A DNA stretch of 64,000 nucleotides from Carcharhinus longimanus (Eukaryota). A program made the position numbers and the translations under genes. The stretch lies in contig JASCQW010000162.1 of NCBI GenBank assembly GCA_030264375.1, forward strand, positions 106,226,979 to 106,290,978. Direction: 5' to 3'. Shown in pieces: positions 36,930 through 50,122 of this stretch (positions are counted from its first letter, which is position 1; each line of letters starts with the position of its first letter). The notes beneath the pieces were generated by a model. The model saw only the letters and a program-made list of their open reading frames with translations, was not told where the DNA came from and did not search any database.

Positions 36930-39226
36930 CTAGTGAATGGTAAACAGCAAGTTAGTTCTTTCTCAAAACATATTTGAATAATTTGAGTTAATATTCAAAC
37001 TAGCTGTTCAAAATGTACTCAAATTCTACATGCAGTAATACATTTAATTTCGTATTGAATAATTCAGGTAGTTTTAAAAATGCATCAGCATCCATGTGTA
37101 GAAGACCAACCATTATTCATGTTAAATTGATAGTTTTCACAATCAAATTTCATTGTAAAGTGACATCTTCCAACTCATGCCATGGGAGATGAGCATGAAA
37201 AACCTTGGTATAAAACTAGTATTTGCAAAACCAGTGACTGCATCAGTTAATATCTATCAGAATTATTTTTGCTAGCTCAACTGTCATTTGGTTTCAGGTT
37301 CTGATCATGCAAGAGGGGATTTCTGAAACTTCACTCCTGAGCAATTGCCTTTTTTTTTTAAAAAAAAACTTATTCATACTCAGATTACAGCACTGAAGGA
37401 GGCTGTCATTTGGCCCATCATGCCCATGCCAGCCAAAAAGCAGCATCAGGCATAGTTGCACATTCCAACTCTTGGTCAGTAGCCTGCAATATTTCAAATG
37501 AATATCCAAAAGGTTTAAATGTGTTAAGGTTTGCAGCAGCTACCACCCTTTCCAGCAGCGAGTTCCAGACCACCATCACTCGCTGGATGAGAAATAAATT
37601 CCCAATCCTCCTCTATCATTACACCTATCAAGAGAAAATCCAGCCAAATGTAGTTACGTTTAGCCATTTGGTATTATATTTTCAAGATGTAGGTAGGACA
37701 CCACATTTGAAAATTTAAGAACGAACAGAGCACTTTTTATTTAGACTGGAGAACACCAACTGTTCTTTATACTCAAGGACCATTGGAGAGAATAAAATTA
37801 TAATCAAGGGAGCAATAAGTAGGTAGAATGAAGACATGGGTGTGTAATTAGTCTGCAGAAGTGATTAGAAACGCTGAACTCAAAGCTGTTAATTGGTAAC
37901 AATGGAAACCAAACAGTAGATCAATAGTGCTAAATATTTAATGACAAGCTTAATAAAGTACATCTAACCCAACCTGGGGAGAACAAAGGTTGGGGTTTTG
38001 ATGCAACAAAAATAAATTAGCTCAAATGATAATGCAGGAGAAACTAGAAGATATGCCAAGGCTGATAATGAAGGCTTTGATAACAGCACAAAAAAAAAAG
38101 AGACTCCTGTGTAATTATGTCAAAGAATAGTACATGTTATTTGGTTCCAGTCTACGAAAGATAAAAGATTCAGGTGGATATGGAAGCAGCACTGCTGGAG
38201 ATAAGTATTCAAAATGGAAGCTGCATTCAAATCAAATGGAGGGAAGAAAAATGTCAAAAGCTCAACTGGTATTCATTCCAGAATGTTGGAAGATTGGACC
38301 AGTGATGGTGGAGGCATTGACTACAATTTTTCAAAATCTTTAGGCATTTAAACTTAGTGCAAGAAGGATTGATGGTAGGATATGTGGGAACAATAGGTTA
38401 TAAGTGTAGTGTTCAGCATGAAGAACTCAACTTCCAAAACTTTTCTACAATGACCTCATGATCAGGGAGTGTTACACACAACATGTTTTGGTGTTGTAGA
38501 ATATGAATATTTCAATGTTAATGGACAAAATCTTAAATCAAACTAAGAAATTCAAAGCAGTCCATTATACAAGGATGCATTATAAATTCAGTTTGGGCTT
38601 AAATGGCAAACAAGTTTGGATGGCACATTTCAAAATTGCTCCATTTGCCAATATTTTTTCTGCATATTTGGAAACTAGAAATTGGTGCACACCTCATTTA
38701 TAGATCCAACACAAAGCCTCTTAATGTTCAATATTCATCCTGAACATTAAGAGGAGGATGGCACCATATTGCAAGGACAGGATAAGGATTATGGTTTTAT
38801 TGAACAAGAGCATTTGGTTTAGAATTGGGCAATATTAAATCAGACTTGGGATTAGTTTGGATCCATTAGATTGCAGACAGGCTAGTTATCAGATTAGAAG
38901 TCAGCAGAACTCTCTGCTTTGAGATAAGGAGCTGAAATACACTAAATGTTAAATAGGCTTCATTATCAAGAGCTGGGGGGTCAAAATGAACTAAATCACA
39001 ATTTTTAAATTACTTGGTCTGCCACAGCTAAGATTCGACTGTTAAGACTGACAAACAGAACGAATCAGCAGATAGCAAATCTTGACTGAATAAATTTTCA
39101 CTTGTTTTAATTAAAACAAAAGTGACAGTATTAAAGGCAATTGATCCTTTTGGACAATTCCAATTGCAAGCAGTAGGTATTTCATCTCCCATAATTTAAA
39201 AAGAACCCAAATAGGAAGAGGCTCAC

Positions 39227-39474
39227 CACTACAGTGAATGGACTGTTGGCAACATCCACTCCTCCAAAGCGAACATAAACAATGTAGGTTCCTTTCTCAG
39301 GTGCTGTATAGTAGATGTTATAAGTTCCATCATTATTTTCAATAACATCAGCTTCCACTTCGGTCCCGTCAGGGGTGCAGATTGTGCAGGTGACTTTGCC
39401 CTTGCCTGCAGCTTTCGCATCTACTTTCATTCCCAGTTCCTCTCCCAGCTGAACAGTGGGTCCAAGACCAGAAC
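39227..39474 (-). CDS. FLNB: FLNB exon 29-equivalent (248 nt)
   Basis: ttcag|GT TCT GGT...GTG|gtgagc; [26 protein letters not shown]...NSPFTVV. Confidence 0.92.
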
Positions 39475-39865
39475 CTGAAAAAGAAAGTTAATATCTATGC
39501 AATTTACAATTTATTTTAAATTAAATCATGCAATTGAAGTAATAATTTGCACTGCAATTGGACAACGGACCATCTAGATAGGAAACGAGTCCAGGTTTTT
39601 GATGCCGTGATGAAGGAATTATGACAGCAGTACCACTTGGTAGGATGGCATATTGGCTTGAAAGTTACTTGCAGGTGGTGGTTCTGTTCAGCACTAGGAC
39701 AGTCAAGTAATATTGCAAAATGCATTGGTCAGAAATACAAATGTGCTTTTTTCCTGGTTCTACTCCAATGCTGCAGGCTTCTCCAGCACAAAGCCAGGCA
39801 TGGCAATTATTAGCCCATTTTGGACAGTCTCATTGTACATAGAAAGTAGACAAGTAGACAGCTAC

Positions 39866-40055
39866 CTGACATCGTACACTTGCTGGCATCACCAGTAGCT
39901 GCTGCACGGATTCGGTAAGGAGATGCTGGGATCTCATCACCCCCATATTTGATCACAATGGTGTAACGTCCAGTCTTGTCTGGTATGTAGGAAACCTTGT
40001 AGGTGCCATCATTATTATTGTGGATATTAGCTTTCTTTGGCTTCCCTTCTTGATC
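39866..40055 (-). CDS. FLNB: FLNB exon 28-equivalent (190 nt)
   Basis: tgtag|GAT CAA...TCA G|gtagct; [31 protein letters not shown]...GDASKC. Confidence 0.92.
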
Positions 40056-41309
40056 CTACAGGCAACAGAAAAAAAAGCTTTACTAAAATGTATTATCAAG
40101 CTTTTTAAATAAGCCACTTCTGACGACTGTCACTAAAAAGTACAATCATTTTAACATTGGAATTTTACAGCTCAGTTGTACAATTCATCCAGAAAAAACA
40201 AACATGTTAATATACAACCTTTTAAAGCAAATGCTCAAGTCTAGGAAAAATGGTTCTGATTTATTTAAAACAAGTAGGATATTCTAGGGAGATGGTTGAG
40301 TGTTGGTGTTAACAATGGCAGAAAGCCTTTTCACCCTAGATGTGCTCAGTTAGTTGCAGTGAACAACCTACACCAAGATTACAATGGCAACTACAGTCTT
40401 CTGCACATCCTTACAGCCAGAAATAGATAAAGCAAGGAGTAAAAATGGTCTTGCAGCAAAAAAAGTTTTTGCAGGTACTTTTAAGAATGGATTAAAGAGA
40501 TCAGATGTGGGAGTTGTTAAGACTTAGTACTGCATGACACAGACAAATCAGTATTCAACAGGCATATTGTTGTGTCAGACTATCCTAGCTCTTGTGATTC
40601 GCTGCCAATTATCAGAAAGACAACTACTGTGCAGCACCTACATTACGGAAAAAGGGACAATGATTAAACTGGGATCAGCAACAGGTTCATGAAATAAGCT
40701 ATTAAACAGAATAAAGGCTTATTTTAAAAAGGTATTATTGCATAGTTGAGGAGCAATATGGCAAGAGTTGCAAGTCTATTTGAACCAGTGTGCAATTGAG
40801 TTATTGTAGGTAAAGGGAAAAAAAACTTATTTGGAAGCTAACTAGTTTAATATACCTTGGAAATTGTTCATCCTTTATTCTTAGGAAGATAGCAGTATTA
40901 AGGCGGCAAAATAAAATCAAAACAAATCCTACAGTAATTTAAATCAAAGTCCAGCTGAATGAAGCAGGCAATCTTAGCTGTCACTGGCCAAATTGCAGAT
41001 CAAACTTTCTATTGTTCAACTAATTATAGGCTGTCCCCATCAGAATGCAATAAAGATTCTGATGGAGTTTAATACTACTAGAAGACTGGGATGTCAACTC
41101 AAAACACTGCTGCAGAAGCAAGTAGGACAACAGGCTTACTTGCCCACTTTCCATTTAGAGAAAGAGGTTTACAGCAAGGAAACAGGTCCTTTGGCCCAAT
41201 TTATCCATGCTGTCCCTTTTTTGTAAAACCACTATTTGCAGGGAAAGATTTTTAAGACTGATGCACATTCATCCTTTATTTGCTTGGAAGGGAAACATTT
41301 GAAACTTAC

Positions 41310-41463
41310 AGTTACATGTACTGAAAGGAGTCCTTCTCCAGCATCTTTGGCATCAATGGTAAATTCTACAGGTAGACTAGCTTGAACACCAGAATTGAGG
41401 CCTGGCCCACTTGCTTTCACTTTGCTGGCATCATGAGTTGGCAGAACCTTAACCCTGTAAGGA
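41310..41463 (-). CDS. FLNB: FLNB exon 27-equivalent (154 nt)
   Basis: tttag|T CCT TAC...ACT|gtaagt; [35 protein letters not shown]. Confidence 0.92.
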
Positions 41464-42236
41464 CTAAAGAAACAGATGATAATTAATCTGACACACAAAG
41501 GACTGGAATCAATTACGAACATCACTATCAACTTGTACGATATTTACCATCAGCAAAAGATTAAGATGTCTGACTGCATGTATGTTATTTTTTGGGAGAA
41601 AATCCAACTGGAATGTTTTCAATTCTTTTTATACTGATGGATATACATTTTTACTCCAAAAACAAATTGCACCCCTCAGGTGCAGTCAGATGCATACTTA
41701 GCTAATACTCAGCTAGATCAGAATGCCACTTATGTAGTTTTGTTTGGCACTTGGAATATCCAATTAATTGAAAAATGGAACACAATCAAGTTGGACCAAT
41801 TGAATTTACAAAAAGATGTCATTCATGGACACATGAACACAAGCATGTGTATGAATATGACAGGTTTAAAATTAGGCACTTCAAATTGAAAATTTAAACA
41901 AAACAAATAGTCTTACTATTGGCATGAATAAAGGGTCAAATAGATTGTAAATAGAAGGACAAGCACTAATGAAATTTAGACAATTAAAATTTGAGATCAT
42001 TGTTGATTTCCAACACCACAAGGTAGATTTCTGTTCAGTCCTGCTAACCCAGAGCAAAATATTGATAGAATACAACCTTGAATCAGGACAATTACTTCTT
42101 CGAATCCTGGTCTGATGTTTTCAATCTGTTTATTCAGGGGTTGGTGTTTTTAGATTATGGAACTGTTGTCTTATTTGTAAAGAGCCAAGGTTGACAGCAA
42201 CACAGTTTAGCCTTGAGGGTTTAAGTTTGATGTTAC

Positions 42237-42360
42237 CTGCGAGGAATCTCTTCATCTCCATACTGGATGGAAACAGAATATGGCCCTTCGACTGAAGGTG
42301 TGTAGCTGATAGTGTGCGTGCCATCACCATTGTCAATAACCTCAGCAGACTCAATTATGG
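42237..42360 (-). CDS. FLNB: FLNB exon 26-equivalent (124 nt)
   Basis: tgcag|CC ATA...CGC AG|gtaaca; [27 protein letters not shown]. Confidence 0.92.
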
Positions 42361-42834
42361 CTGCAAAAGAAGAAATGAAAATATCAAAACTCGTGCACAT
42401 CAGTCCAAAGCAAAAAAGGTTAAATAAAGTAACCACCTTTTTCATTAATCCAGGTAGTCAGCTGTGCACAAAAAGCTGGTTAGTCTTTTAAATGCACTGC
42501 CATCTAACAGTACTAAATGCTGCAAAACTATAAAGCAGAGTCAAGACAGACCATTTCACTAGCTTTAGTAGATTTTTAATATTATGCCATTGCAGAAAAT
42601 GAGTGCAGGGGGAAAAAGAGACATCCATTTGGAGTCATTTGCTCTTGGTATTCCATAGCTAAGCAAACATTGCTACTTGAGTTCATATTAATTTTGTGAT
42701 TTACTCATTCAAAGTTTCATGCACATTTTAAGGTTTGCTTTAAATCAGAGCAGTACTGAAGTAGATTTAGAGTGGCAATGTTGTGCACCTACTCTAAACT
42801 ACCTGGCCATAAATGAAGCATCACTAGGTCATAT

Positions 42835-43094
42835 GTAGGCTTACATTAACAAGGCAATAAAGTTTGAGAAAATCCCCTAGTTGCCATACTCTGGCACCAG
42901 TTTGGGTGCACAGAATTTAGCATGGCCAACATGCCTAACCAGCATGTTTTTTTGGACTGTGGGAAGAGACTGGAGCACCAAGGGAAAACCACACACGAAA
43001 GGGGGAAAATGTGCAGACTCTGCACAGTGACTCAAGTCAGGAATTGAAATTGGTTCCCATCACTGAGGCAGCAGTGCTAACCACTGTGCTACCC
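42835..43094 (-). mobile_element. V-SINE/HE1-like SINE
   Basis: ttggactgtgggaag...actgaggcagcagtgctaaccactgtgctaccc. Confidence 0.7.
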
Positions 43095-43712
43095 AATAAG
43101 GCATAATCTTGTGGGTTTAATACAGCCCCAATGCAAAATACTACAACTGAAAATCAAATCACATTTTAATTTTGAGTAGATTCACAAACCAGCCCATGTT
43201 GAGCAGTCTACACTTCAATTAAAACACATTGAAGCAAACCCAAAAAACTTTCAATGAGCAAAAGATTTAAATTTTTTTTAACCAGTTCTGCAGTATCAAG
43301 ACAATCACAACCAAATAAAAGCTGTGAAGCAATCTGCTCATTCAGGATTCTTCAAAATTTATGTCTGGAATTTGAAATGAATTGAACTAGGTCATGCGAA
43401 AATTTGCCACGAAATGCAACAGAAACGTGCCATTTTAAATACTGATTTTCACTTTAGAAAATAGTCAACCAGATTTCTCTAATCAGAAAGGGGCTACCGA
43501 ATAAAAATGGAATGTGATTTAAAAATCCTTTATACAAAATTAACACAAGGTCTTGTTAAGAGTGACAACACGGAAAGTAAAATTCTACTTGAAGCATTAG
43601 GCCTAGCTCTTTGGCTCTTAACATGAAAGCAGACAGGACCAGCTTAGTTGTTCCCGGCCATATACGCCCGCCACCTTTCTTGCCTTGGAGATTAAGTAGC
43701 TCAAATCCAAAC

Positions 43713-43805
43713 CTGTCTCACTGTCATCGCTCTTGGTCTCTCCTTTAAAGAAGTCTGCAATCGTTTTCAAAGGGCTGCGCCACGGTTGGGGCTGTGCCTC
43801 ACCAA
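43713..43805 (-). CDS. FLNB: FLNB alternative cassette exon (93 nt, 31 aa) between exons 25 and 26
   Basis: ttttctgttctag|TT GGT...ACA G|gtttgg; phase 1-1; VGEAQPQPWRSPLKTIADFFKGETKSDDSET resembles the recalled human FLNB 31-aa insert (SWRSPLKALSEFFKGD). Not in the ORF track. Confidence 0.85.
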
Positions 43806-44118
43806 CTAGAACAGAAAACCTTTAACTTGCAGCAAATCTGAACAGTCACTCAAAAGGTGACAAGTGATGCCCTTAACCAAAAGAGCACAATGCTTCGTAG
43901 CTGTGCAACTGGTCAAAAACTTATGATTAATATTCAAAAAAATCCACTCCTAAGCATGTACCTGGCACACAAGCATTGTATCATATAACTGAATTGTCAA
44001 TCTTAGACTCGGACTCCTCATCCTCACATCCAAAGAGTGAAAGGTATGTATAAACCTGTATCATGAATTAGCATTTTTAATCAATGGCTAATTAAAACTG
44101 CTGAGGTTATGATTGTAC

Positions 44119-44286
44119 CTTTTGGTCCCAGCACAGTCACTTGGAGGGGAGCTTTTCCAGCCTTGCTACAGTCCACGGTGAAGTGTTGTGGAACTTTGGC
44201 TCGTACTCCTGAACTCAGCCCAGGCCCACTACACTTCACTTTGCTTGGGTCCACAACATCTTTGACTGGCACCTTAAATGGACTGC
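44119..44286 (-). CDS. FLNB: FLNB exon 25-equivalent (168 nt)
   Basis: gtag|GC AGT CCA...AAA G|gtacaa; [24 protein letters not shown]...LGPK. Confidence 0.92.
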
Positions 44287-44934
44287 CTACAAACAAAAAA
44301 AAACTTCAATGATTTGCACTTTGGATCATTTTAAATGACAATGTAGGAAAAAAGTACAGATTTCAGTTTTCACTCAAAAAGGTGAATGTTAAAATGGACA
44401 ATTAGACAAATCTGCAACTGACCCAAGGAAATGCAGTATCCACAAATCTAAATATTGCTAAGTCACTGTACAAATACTTGAAATGAATTCCAATCAACCT
44501 TTCACACAATCCATTCTAAATTTTAATATTTAATAGGAAATTCATCCCAACAGTAAAAACAATGAAAAATTTAATCAGATTAGGAAATTCTGCTTGCATC
44601 ATAAATTATATGAAGTACATTAAATCAGGGTTTAGCCAAGAGATAGACTCCATTATACAGGAAGGAGGCAAAATTTATTGTTAGACAAAGCACTGCCATT
44701 TGAAAATAGTGTAGAATGAAAACATTCTGAATAAATAAGGGGAGATAAAGATGGAGTTCAGTACCTTAGGAACAGAGCTGAATATGTTAACAGTTTCCTC
44801 CTATGACTAGACCTTTGAAATAAGCTAAAATTATTGAAAAATGACTTGTTCTAAATAATACCCATGTAATCCTTAACTTTGGTCTACAGTTGATTTAAAG
44901 CAGTAGATTGAGCAAAACAAATGTAAAGGCTTAC

Positions 44935-45095
44935 CAGTTATGTGCTGTCCTCCATAAGTAATATTCAAGTCATAATCTCCAGGGGTGTAAGGGGTATATT
45001 CAACACTGCAGCTGCCATCTTTGTTATCCTTGCAAGAGATCTTTGCCTCTGAAGGTCCTTCAACAGTAATACCAAGGCCACCAGTACCTGCTCCT
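44935..45095 (-). CDS. FLNB: FLNB exon 24-equivalent (161 nt)
   Basis: tgcag|A GGA GCA...ACT G|gtaagc; [41 protein letters not shown]. Confidence 0.92.
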
Positions 45096-45603
45096 CTGCA
45101 TCACAAGATTTTTAGTTACTAGCTTTGTTAGAGTATGAAAAATATATTACAAGTCCCGAGTTTAGCATTGTGCCACTATTCAATTCAAAATGAATTGTTC
45201 CAGGGCAGTGAACAGTTAAAAGTGGTGCAGCCTACAAACTTTCATGCCGATTGCTGTAGGGTAATAAATTGGCAGGTCAGTAGTCAAACCCACATCTAGA
45301 CCCAAGGAAAATGGAACATGTCTCAAATGAAGGTTCAATAGACAAATAGCTGCAGTTCAGATGTTTGTGGGTCACAAACATTGACATCAACACTGGTAAA
45401 TATAATAAACTTGTAGATCACTATATGCATGCTGTTTTATTTCATGAGTCAACTTCTATTGATTCAACTATGTTTTTGATCAAGAATGAGGGTAGCTTTT
45501 GTGTGTTCAGTATGGGAATGTAGTTGCCGTGAAATGAATCCAGTCTCTTAAAATCCCAAATGGAATAAATTGAACTCTCCAGTCCAAAGCAAATTAAGAA
45601 TAC

Positions 45604-45766
45604 CTTGTTACCACAGAGAACTTGTTCACTTTGTTAGTCAAGCCCTCCTGAAGTCCAGGTCCACTTGCTGAGACACGCAAAGGGTCACAACCTTCAGTGA
45701 CTCCTACCTTGAATGGGCTCTTCGGAACTGGTGCATCATCATAGGTTACATCAATAGAGTGTACAC
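45604..45766 (-). CDS. FLNB: FLNB exon 23-equivalent (163 nt)
   Basis: acag|GT GTA...ACA AG|gtattc; GVHSIDVTYDDAPVPKSPFKVGVTEGCDP. Confidence 0.92.
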
Positions 45767-46499
45767 CTGTACACAAAAAAATATAAATTTGATTGAAAGT
45801 TGTGGTTAAACCCTTACCATGTTCTAATACTGGGAATAGCAAGACATTGATTTCATTTAACAAGAAACAGCATTTTTAGGAGTTTTGGCTGTGACAATGG
45901 TAAGTGAGAAAGTACAACATAACAGAGCAGGAGTAAGCTATTCAGCCATGCAATACAACCATAGTTGAACTTGTCAACTCCACTTTTTCCAACTATCCCA
46001 AAATTCCCTGTCTCAGGCTCAAAATGTATTCAAAGATGGAGCACCCACAACTGTCTGGAGTCGGGAATTCTAAAGATTCCCAAACACCCGAGTGAAATAA
46101 TTTGCTAAATAACCACCCCTTATCTAGAGATTGCATGTTCGAGGCTAGCCTGTAAAACCTGATCAGGATCAGAATCTTTCTGCTGTGGGTGCTGCTTTGA
46201 TCTTAACCATGCACTTGTGGACTGATCGGAAAACAAAATCAGGGTTAATGATAGTCAATTATTAATTTATAACCTGAAACAGAGTGGCAGCTACTATTAC
46301 TACAATGTTGGTGTGGAATGTAGCCTCTTGTCTATCCAGAAATTGAAATACTTTAACTGATAAAGAGTTTGCATACTGAAGAGCTCGAGGGGTTAGATAA
46401 AGCTGAAGTTAAAGGACATCCATGGAATCAGGTCTCAAGGGTTTGGACTCAAATTAGTACGATTAATTATGCCTTCTGCACAGTGAATTTCCATCATAC

Positions 46500-46673
46500 C
46501 CTTTTCATATGGTGTGTACTCCACTGCGTATGTCCCATTTCCATTATCCTTAATCAGACAATCTGTGCGAGATCCTGAAGGATTTATGACACCTGCTTTG
46601 AGATGGTTTCCTCCCACCTTGGTCAGTGAACTTGCATCAACAATAAAGTCAGTTGTAGCATCACAGAAAACAC
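46500..46673 (-). CDS. FLNB: FLNB exon 22-equivalent (174 nt)
   Basis: tgtag|GT GTT...AAG G|gtatga; VFCDATTDFIVDASSLTKVGGNHLKA...EYTPYEK. Confidence 0.92.
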
Positions 46674-48873
46674 CTACAAAAAGCAATGCAGCTTTAAGTA
46701 AAATCCAACCAAGTAAAAAAATGACCATTACCATCCTGGCCACTTTTTAGCCTTAGCTGTACAATGTATTGTGTTATGGACCAGAAAATCTCACTTCTGT
46801 GCATTCAAGATCAGCTGGTTTGGAGAAGTCCCATATTGGAACATTAAAACTACACATTTTCTTGGACTTAGCAAGTCTGAAGTTCTCCTCTTTGACTGTG
46901 CAGTATCCTTTTGCTCAAAGTCAGAGAAGGACCTCAGTTCACAAAAAGGTCAGCTGTAATGCTCTGCCTGAGCTAGCACTTGAGTATGAGGACTGCCAGC
47001 AACCTTCAGGCATGCTGTGTGCACCAATACAAAACAACTGGAAAGAATGTTTACAAATAATCATGGAATTGTAACTTAAAACACAAATATTGAATGACAG
47101 ATCTAGCACAAGCTGATTCATGAAATTCAAATATATACCCAGATTTAACAATTACTCAAAATTGATTTCTAACTGACATTAGAGTCCCATTAATAGAAGA
47201 TTGAGACAATAAGGAAGGGAATTTTTACAAAGTTATGACACAAATTACTAAATCTACTTGGTGCATTCATGAAGTTTCAAGCACTTGTGTAACCACCACA
47301 ATTATAGTACTGAACTATTGCACTGGCAAAGCTTACTAACAAACTCTGCTTGGGAACATAATGTCTCATGATACATCTTGTCATGCTTTGAATTTGCTTT
47401 TGCTTGACTGTCCATTTGTCATCCATGGAAATAAAGAACTTCTCTTAATAGCCCCTTCTCAGAGCTGGAATCAGGGTCCCTTGGCTAGAATTTGTGGTTA
47501 TGTCAATTTAAGATTTGATCTACATTCCTTGGCAAGGTTTGTTAAAGGTCTTCCGCTCCAGATTCCTTAATCCATTGTCCAGATTACGTTTGGCCATCTC
47601 CAAAGCTTGTCTCGTTCCTATTTTAGGGAAAATCAGGCCTATGCACAGGGCTCTTGCTGTCGTCAAACCAGTGCACTCTACAAGTTCAGCTATTATCGCT
47701 GTCAGAATAATGTTCAGCCTCATATACTCAAATTGTTAACCACTTTACTGCACTTAAGTGACTCAATCCACCAATAATTAGTGAAGGCCCTGCCCCCAAC
47801 ATGAAACATCTGACAGTGATTAGCATAACTCCAAAATAGTCATACATTTAGACAGGCTAAGTAGCGATCAAAAAAATCTATAGTGTACATGAATTAGATC
47901 TTTATGATTGCGGCAAACCTACTTTAAAGGAAGTAGCTTCCTTTTAATAGGGAAGCAAAGTTAAAAAATGGCAAATATTTTCCAAAACGGTTTGCTCTCT
48001 GCTGTTCCAAAATATTAGAAATAAAAACATGATAGAATGCGACAGGTTTACAGCTTTGTATACTGATCACAAAATGAAATGTTGGAACACTTAAAATGTT
48101 ATCGTACAAGTTGTGCACAAAATGGAAATAAAGATTTCCTGCCTCATGTAATTGTAGTTCAGATTGAACTTTGTTCAGTCAACTTACACAAATACTGACA
48201 AAATGATCAGGTTATCTATAACAATGGTTAAAATAAAGTTTAACTTGATACAGGCAGCTTTAAAGCTAGCTAATTTTAGAGTTAGAATAAGATCACACAA
48301 ATAAACATATTCCAAAGAATAGCAGGTACATGTGACGGCCAATTTAATTCACCACTAACCATTCAAACCCGCAAAAAAAATGTTAATGATGGCAGGAACC
48401 AAAACATTGGTCTGGGCTCAAAGGCTTGTTGACAATCCAAGATATGCTGCACTGTTAGTTAACCTCATTCAAAACATGACCTCTTAGTCTTCATCTGCCC
48501 TTAAAAAGGCAATGTAAAAGATTTTGAATCACTCAAGAACAGTGAACCTGCCCTGACTGGCCCTCCACCACTCAACTATACAATGAAAACCTGGCTATTT
48601 GTACCATTACTATTGTCAATGCACTCTTGTGCACAGGTTTTTTTGCTACATTTTCTGAAATAAAGCAGTGCTAAGCAAATTGCTTTGGGATATCCCTATT
48701 TTAATTTGCAGAATATTTTATTTAAATTGACTCTAGCTATAGTTCAATTTCACATCACGTGATATCGTACGCTGATTTTATTGGCAGGGATACAATAAAT
48801 ATCAAAGTGGAAAAATGCTTGCGAAAAGACCACAAGAATAGCCAAAAAAGGTTAAGAAATACAAACAGCTTAC

Positions 48874-49471
48874 CACGTCCTTCAATTCCAGGTCCATATA
48901 CTTTAACACTGCTTGTATCCACTGCTGGATCCACCTGCAGCCGTACTGGAAAATTGGGCACTGGCTGCCCTCCATATTTCAGTGCAATTGTGTGAGGACC
49001 ATGCTGACGTGGAATACAGCTGACTGTGTGAGTGCCATCACCATTATCCTGAATGTGGGCTTCAGCCTGAACACCATTCTCTGATACTGGCTCTATTGTC
49101 AATTCACCAGGGCCAGCTTTAGAACAGTCAACAGTGAAAAGTCCAGCTTCTCCAACTTTTCCACGTTCCAATCCAGGACCAGAGGCAATAACTTTGGAGG
49201 GGTCAAAGGGCAGTTTCACATCTGCCTTGAATGGAGAACCCGGAATGTGAACTTCTTCAAACAAAATATTAATAAGATATTCACCAGCTTCATTTGGTAA
49301 ATAGGAGACTGAGCATGTTCCATCCCCATTATCAGAGCACTCAATCTTGGCTTCACATGGACCTTCCACAGTGAGACCCAGCCCACCTGTGCCAGCTCCT
49401 TTGGTGTCTACAGTGAATTCAGCAGATTTGCCGACAACACCATTTTTGAGGCCTGGCCCATACGCTTTTAC
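48874..49471 (-). CDS. FLNB: FLNB exon 21-equivalent (598 nt)
   Basis: tgtag|GTA AAA GCG...CGT G|gtaagc; [19 protein letters not shown]...[16 protein letters not shown]...VYGPGIEGR. Confidence 0.93.
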
Positions 49472-49859
49472 CTACAAAGCAAACAAGGCAACGAGATGCA
49501 GTCACAAGTGGAAAGCTAAAGATATCACCTACCCCAATTCAGATTCAAGTCTTAATAGAATAGCAACTAATTTAACAGCTGAATGGCTTATCCTGACTAG
49601 GAAACCTCCAAGAGTAATCTTTGTCTTGCATGCTACAAAAATGGGAGTGCTCAGGTTTCAACTTGGATTGGAAACTCAACTGCACTGTGCCATCAACTGC
49701 ATTCTAAATTGGCTTGCTTTTCAGTGTAGAGGGAGAGAACCTCTACTTGCTCAATTCTTCAGTTCCTAAATTTGGTGGTTTTTATAATCGAAAAGAATCT
49801 AGAAGCTTGAAAAAGGTACAAAACACCACAGCAAAAATCTAAAATTAGTAGCCACTTAC

Positions 49860-50122
49860 CTTGGAAGGATCTGGCGGTAGTGCAGCTTCCAGAGTGAATG
49901 GGCTGCCTACAATTGGATTCCTGTCATACATCACGTCTACCGTGTATAGCCCTTCTTCCTTGGGGATGTACTTGGCAACACAAGCATCCTTACCAGTAAC
50001 TGGCTCTACTACACAAGGCACAGGTTTCTGTGAAGGACTCGAGATGGTCACATCCACTTTACCTTGCCCCCCTGCTCCTTTTGTGTTTATGCTGAACTGC
50101 TGATCTTTCCCAACTTCTACTC
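49860..50122 (-). CDS. FLNB: FLNB exon 20-equivalent (263 nt)
   Basis: attag|GA GTA...AAG|gtaagt; VEVGKDQQFSINTKGAGGQGKV...LPPDPSK. Confidence 0.92.

Noticed and set aside
49347-50103. Plus-strand ORFs overlapping filamin exons (also at 22036, 27473, 44109, 46514, 56254)
   Set aside because: Antisense shadows of coding exons with no independent gene signals.
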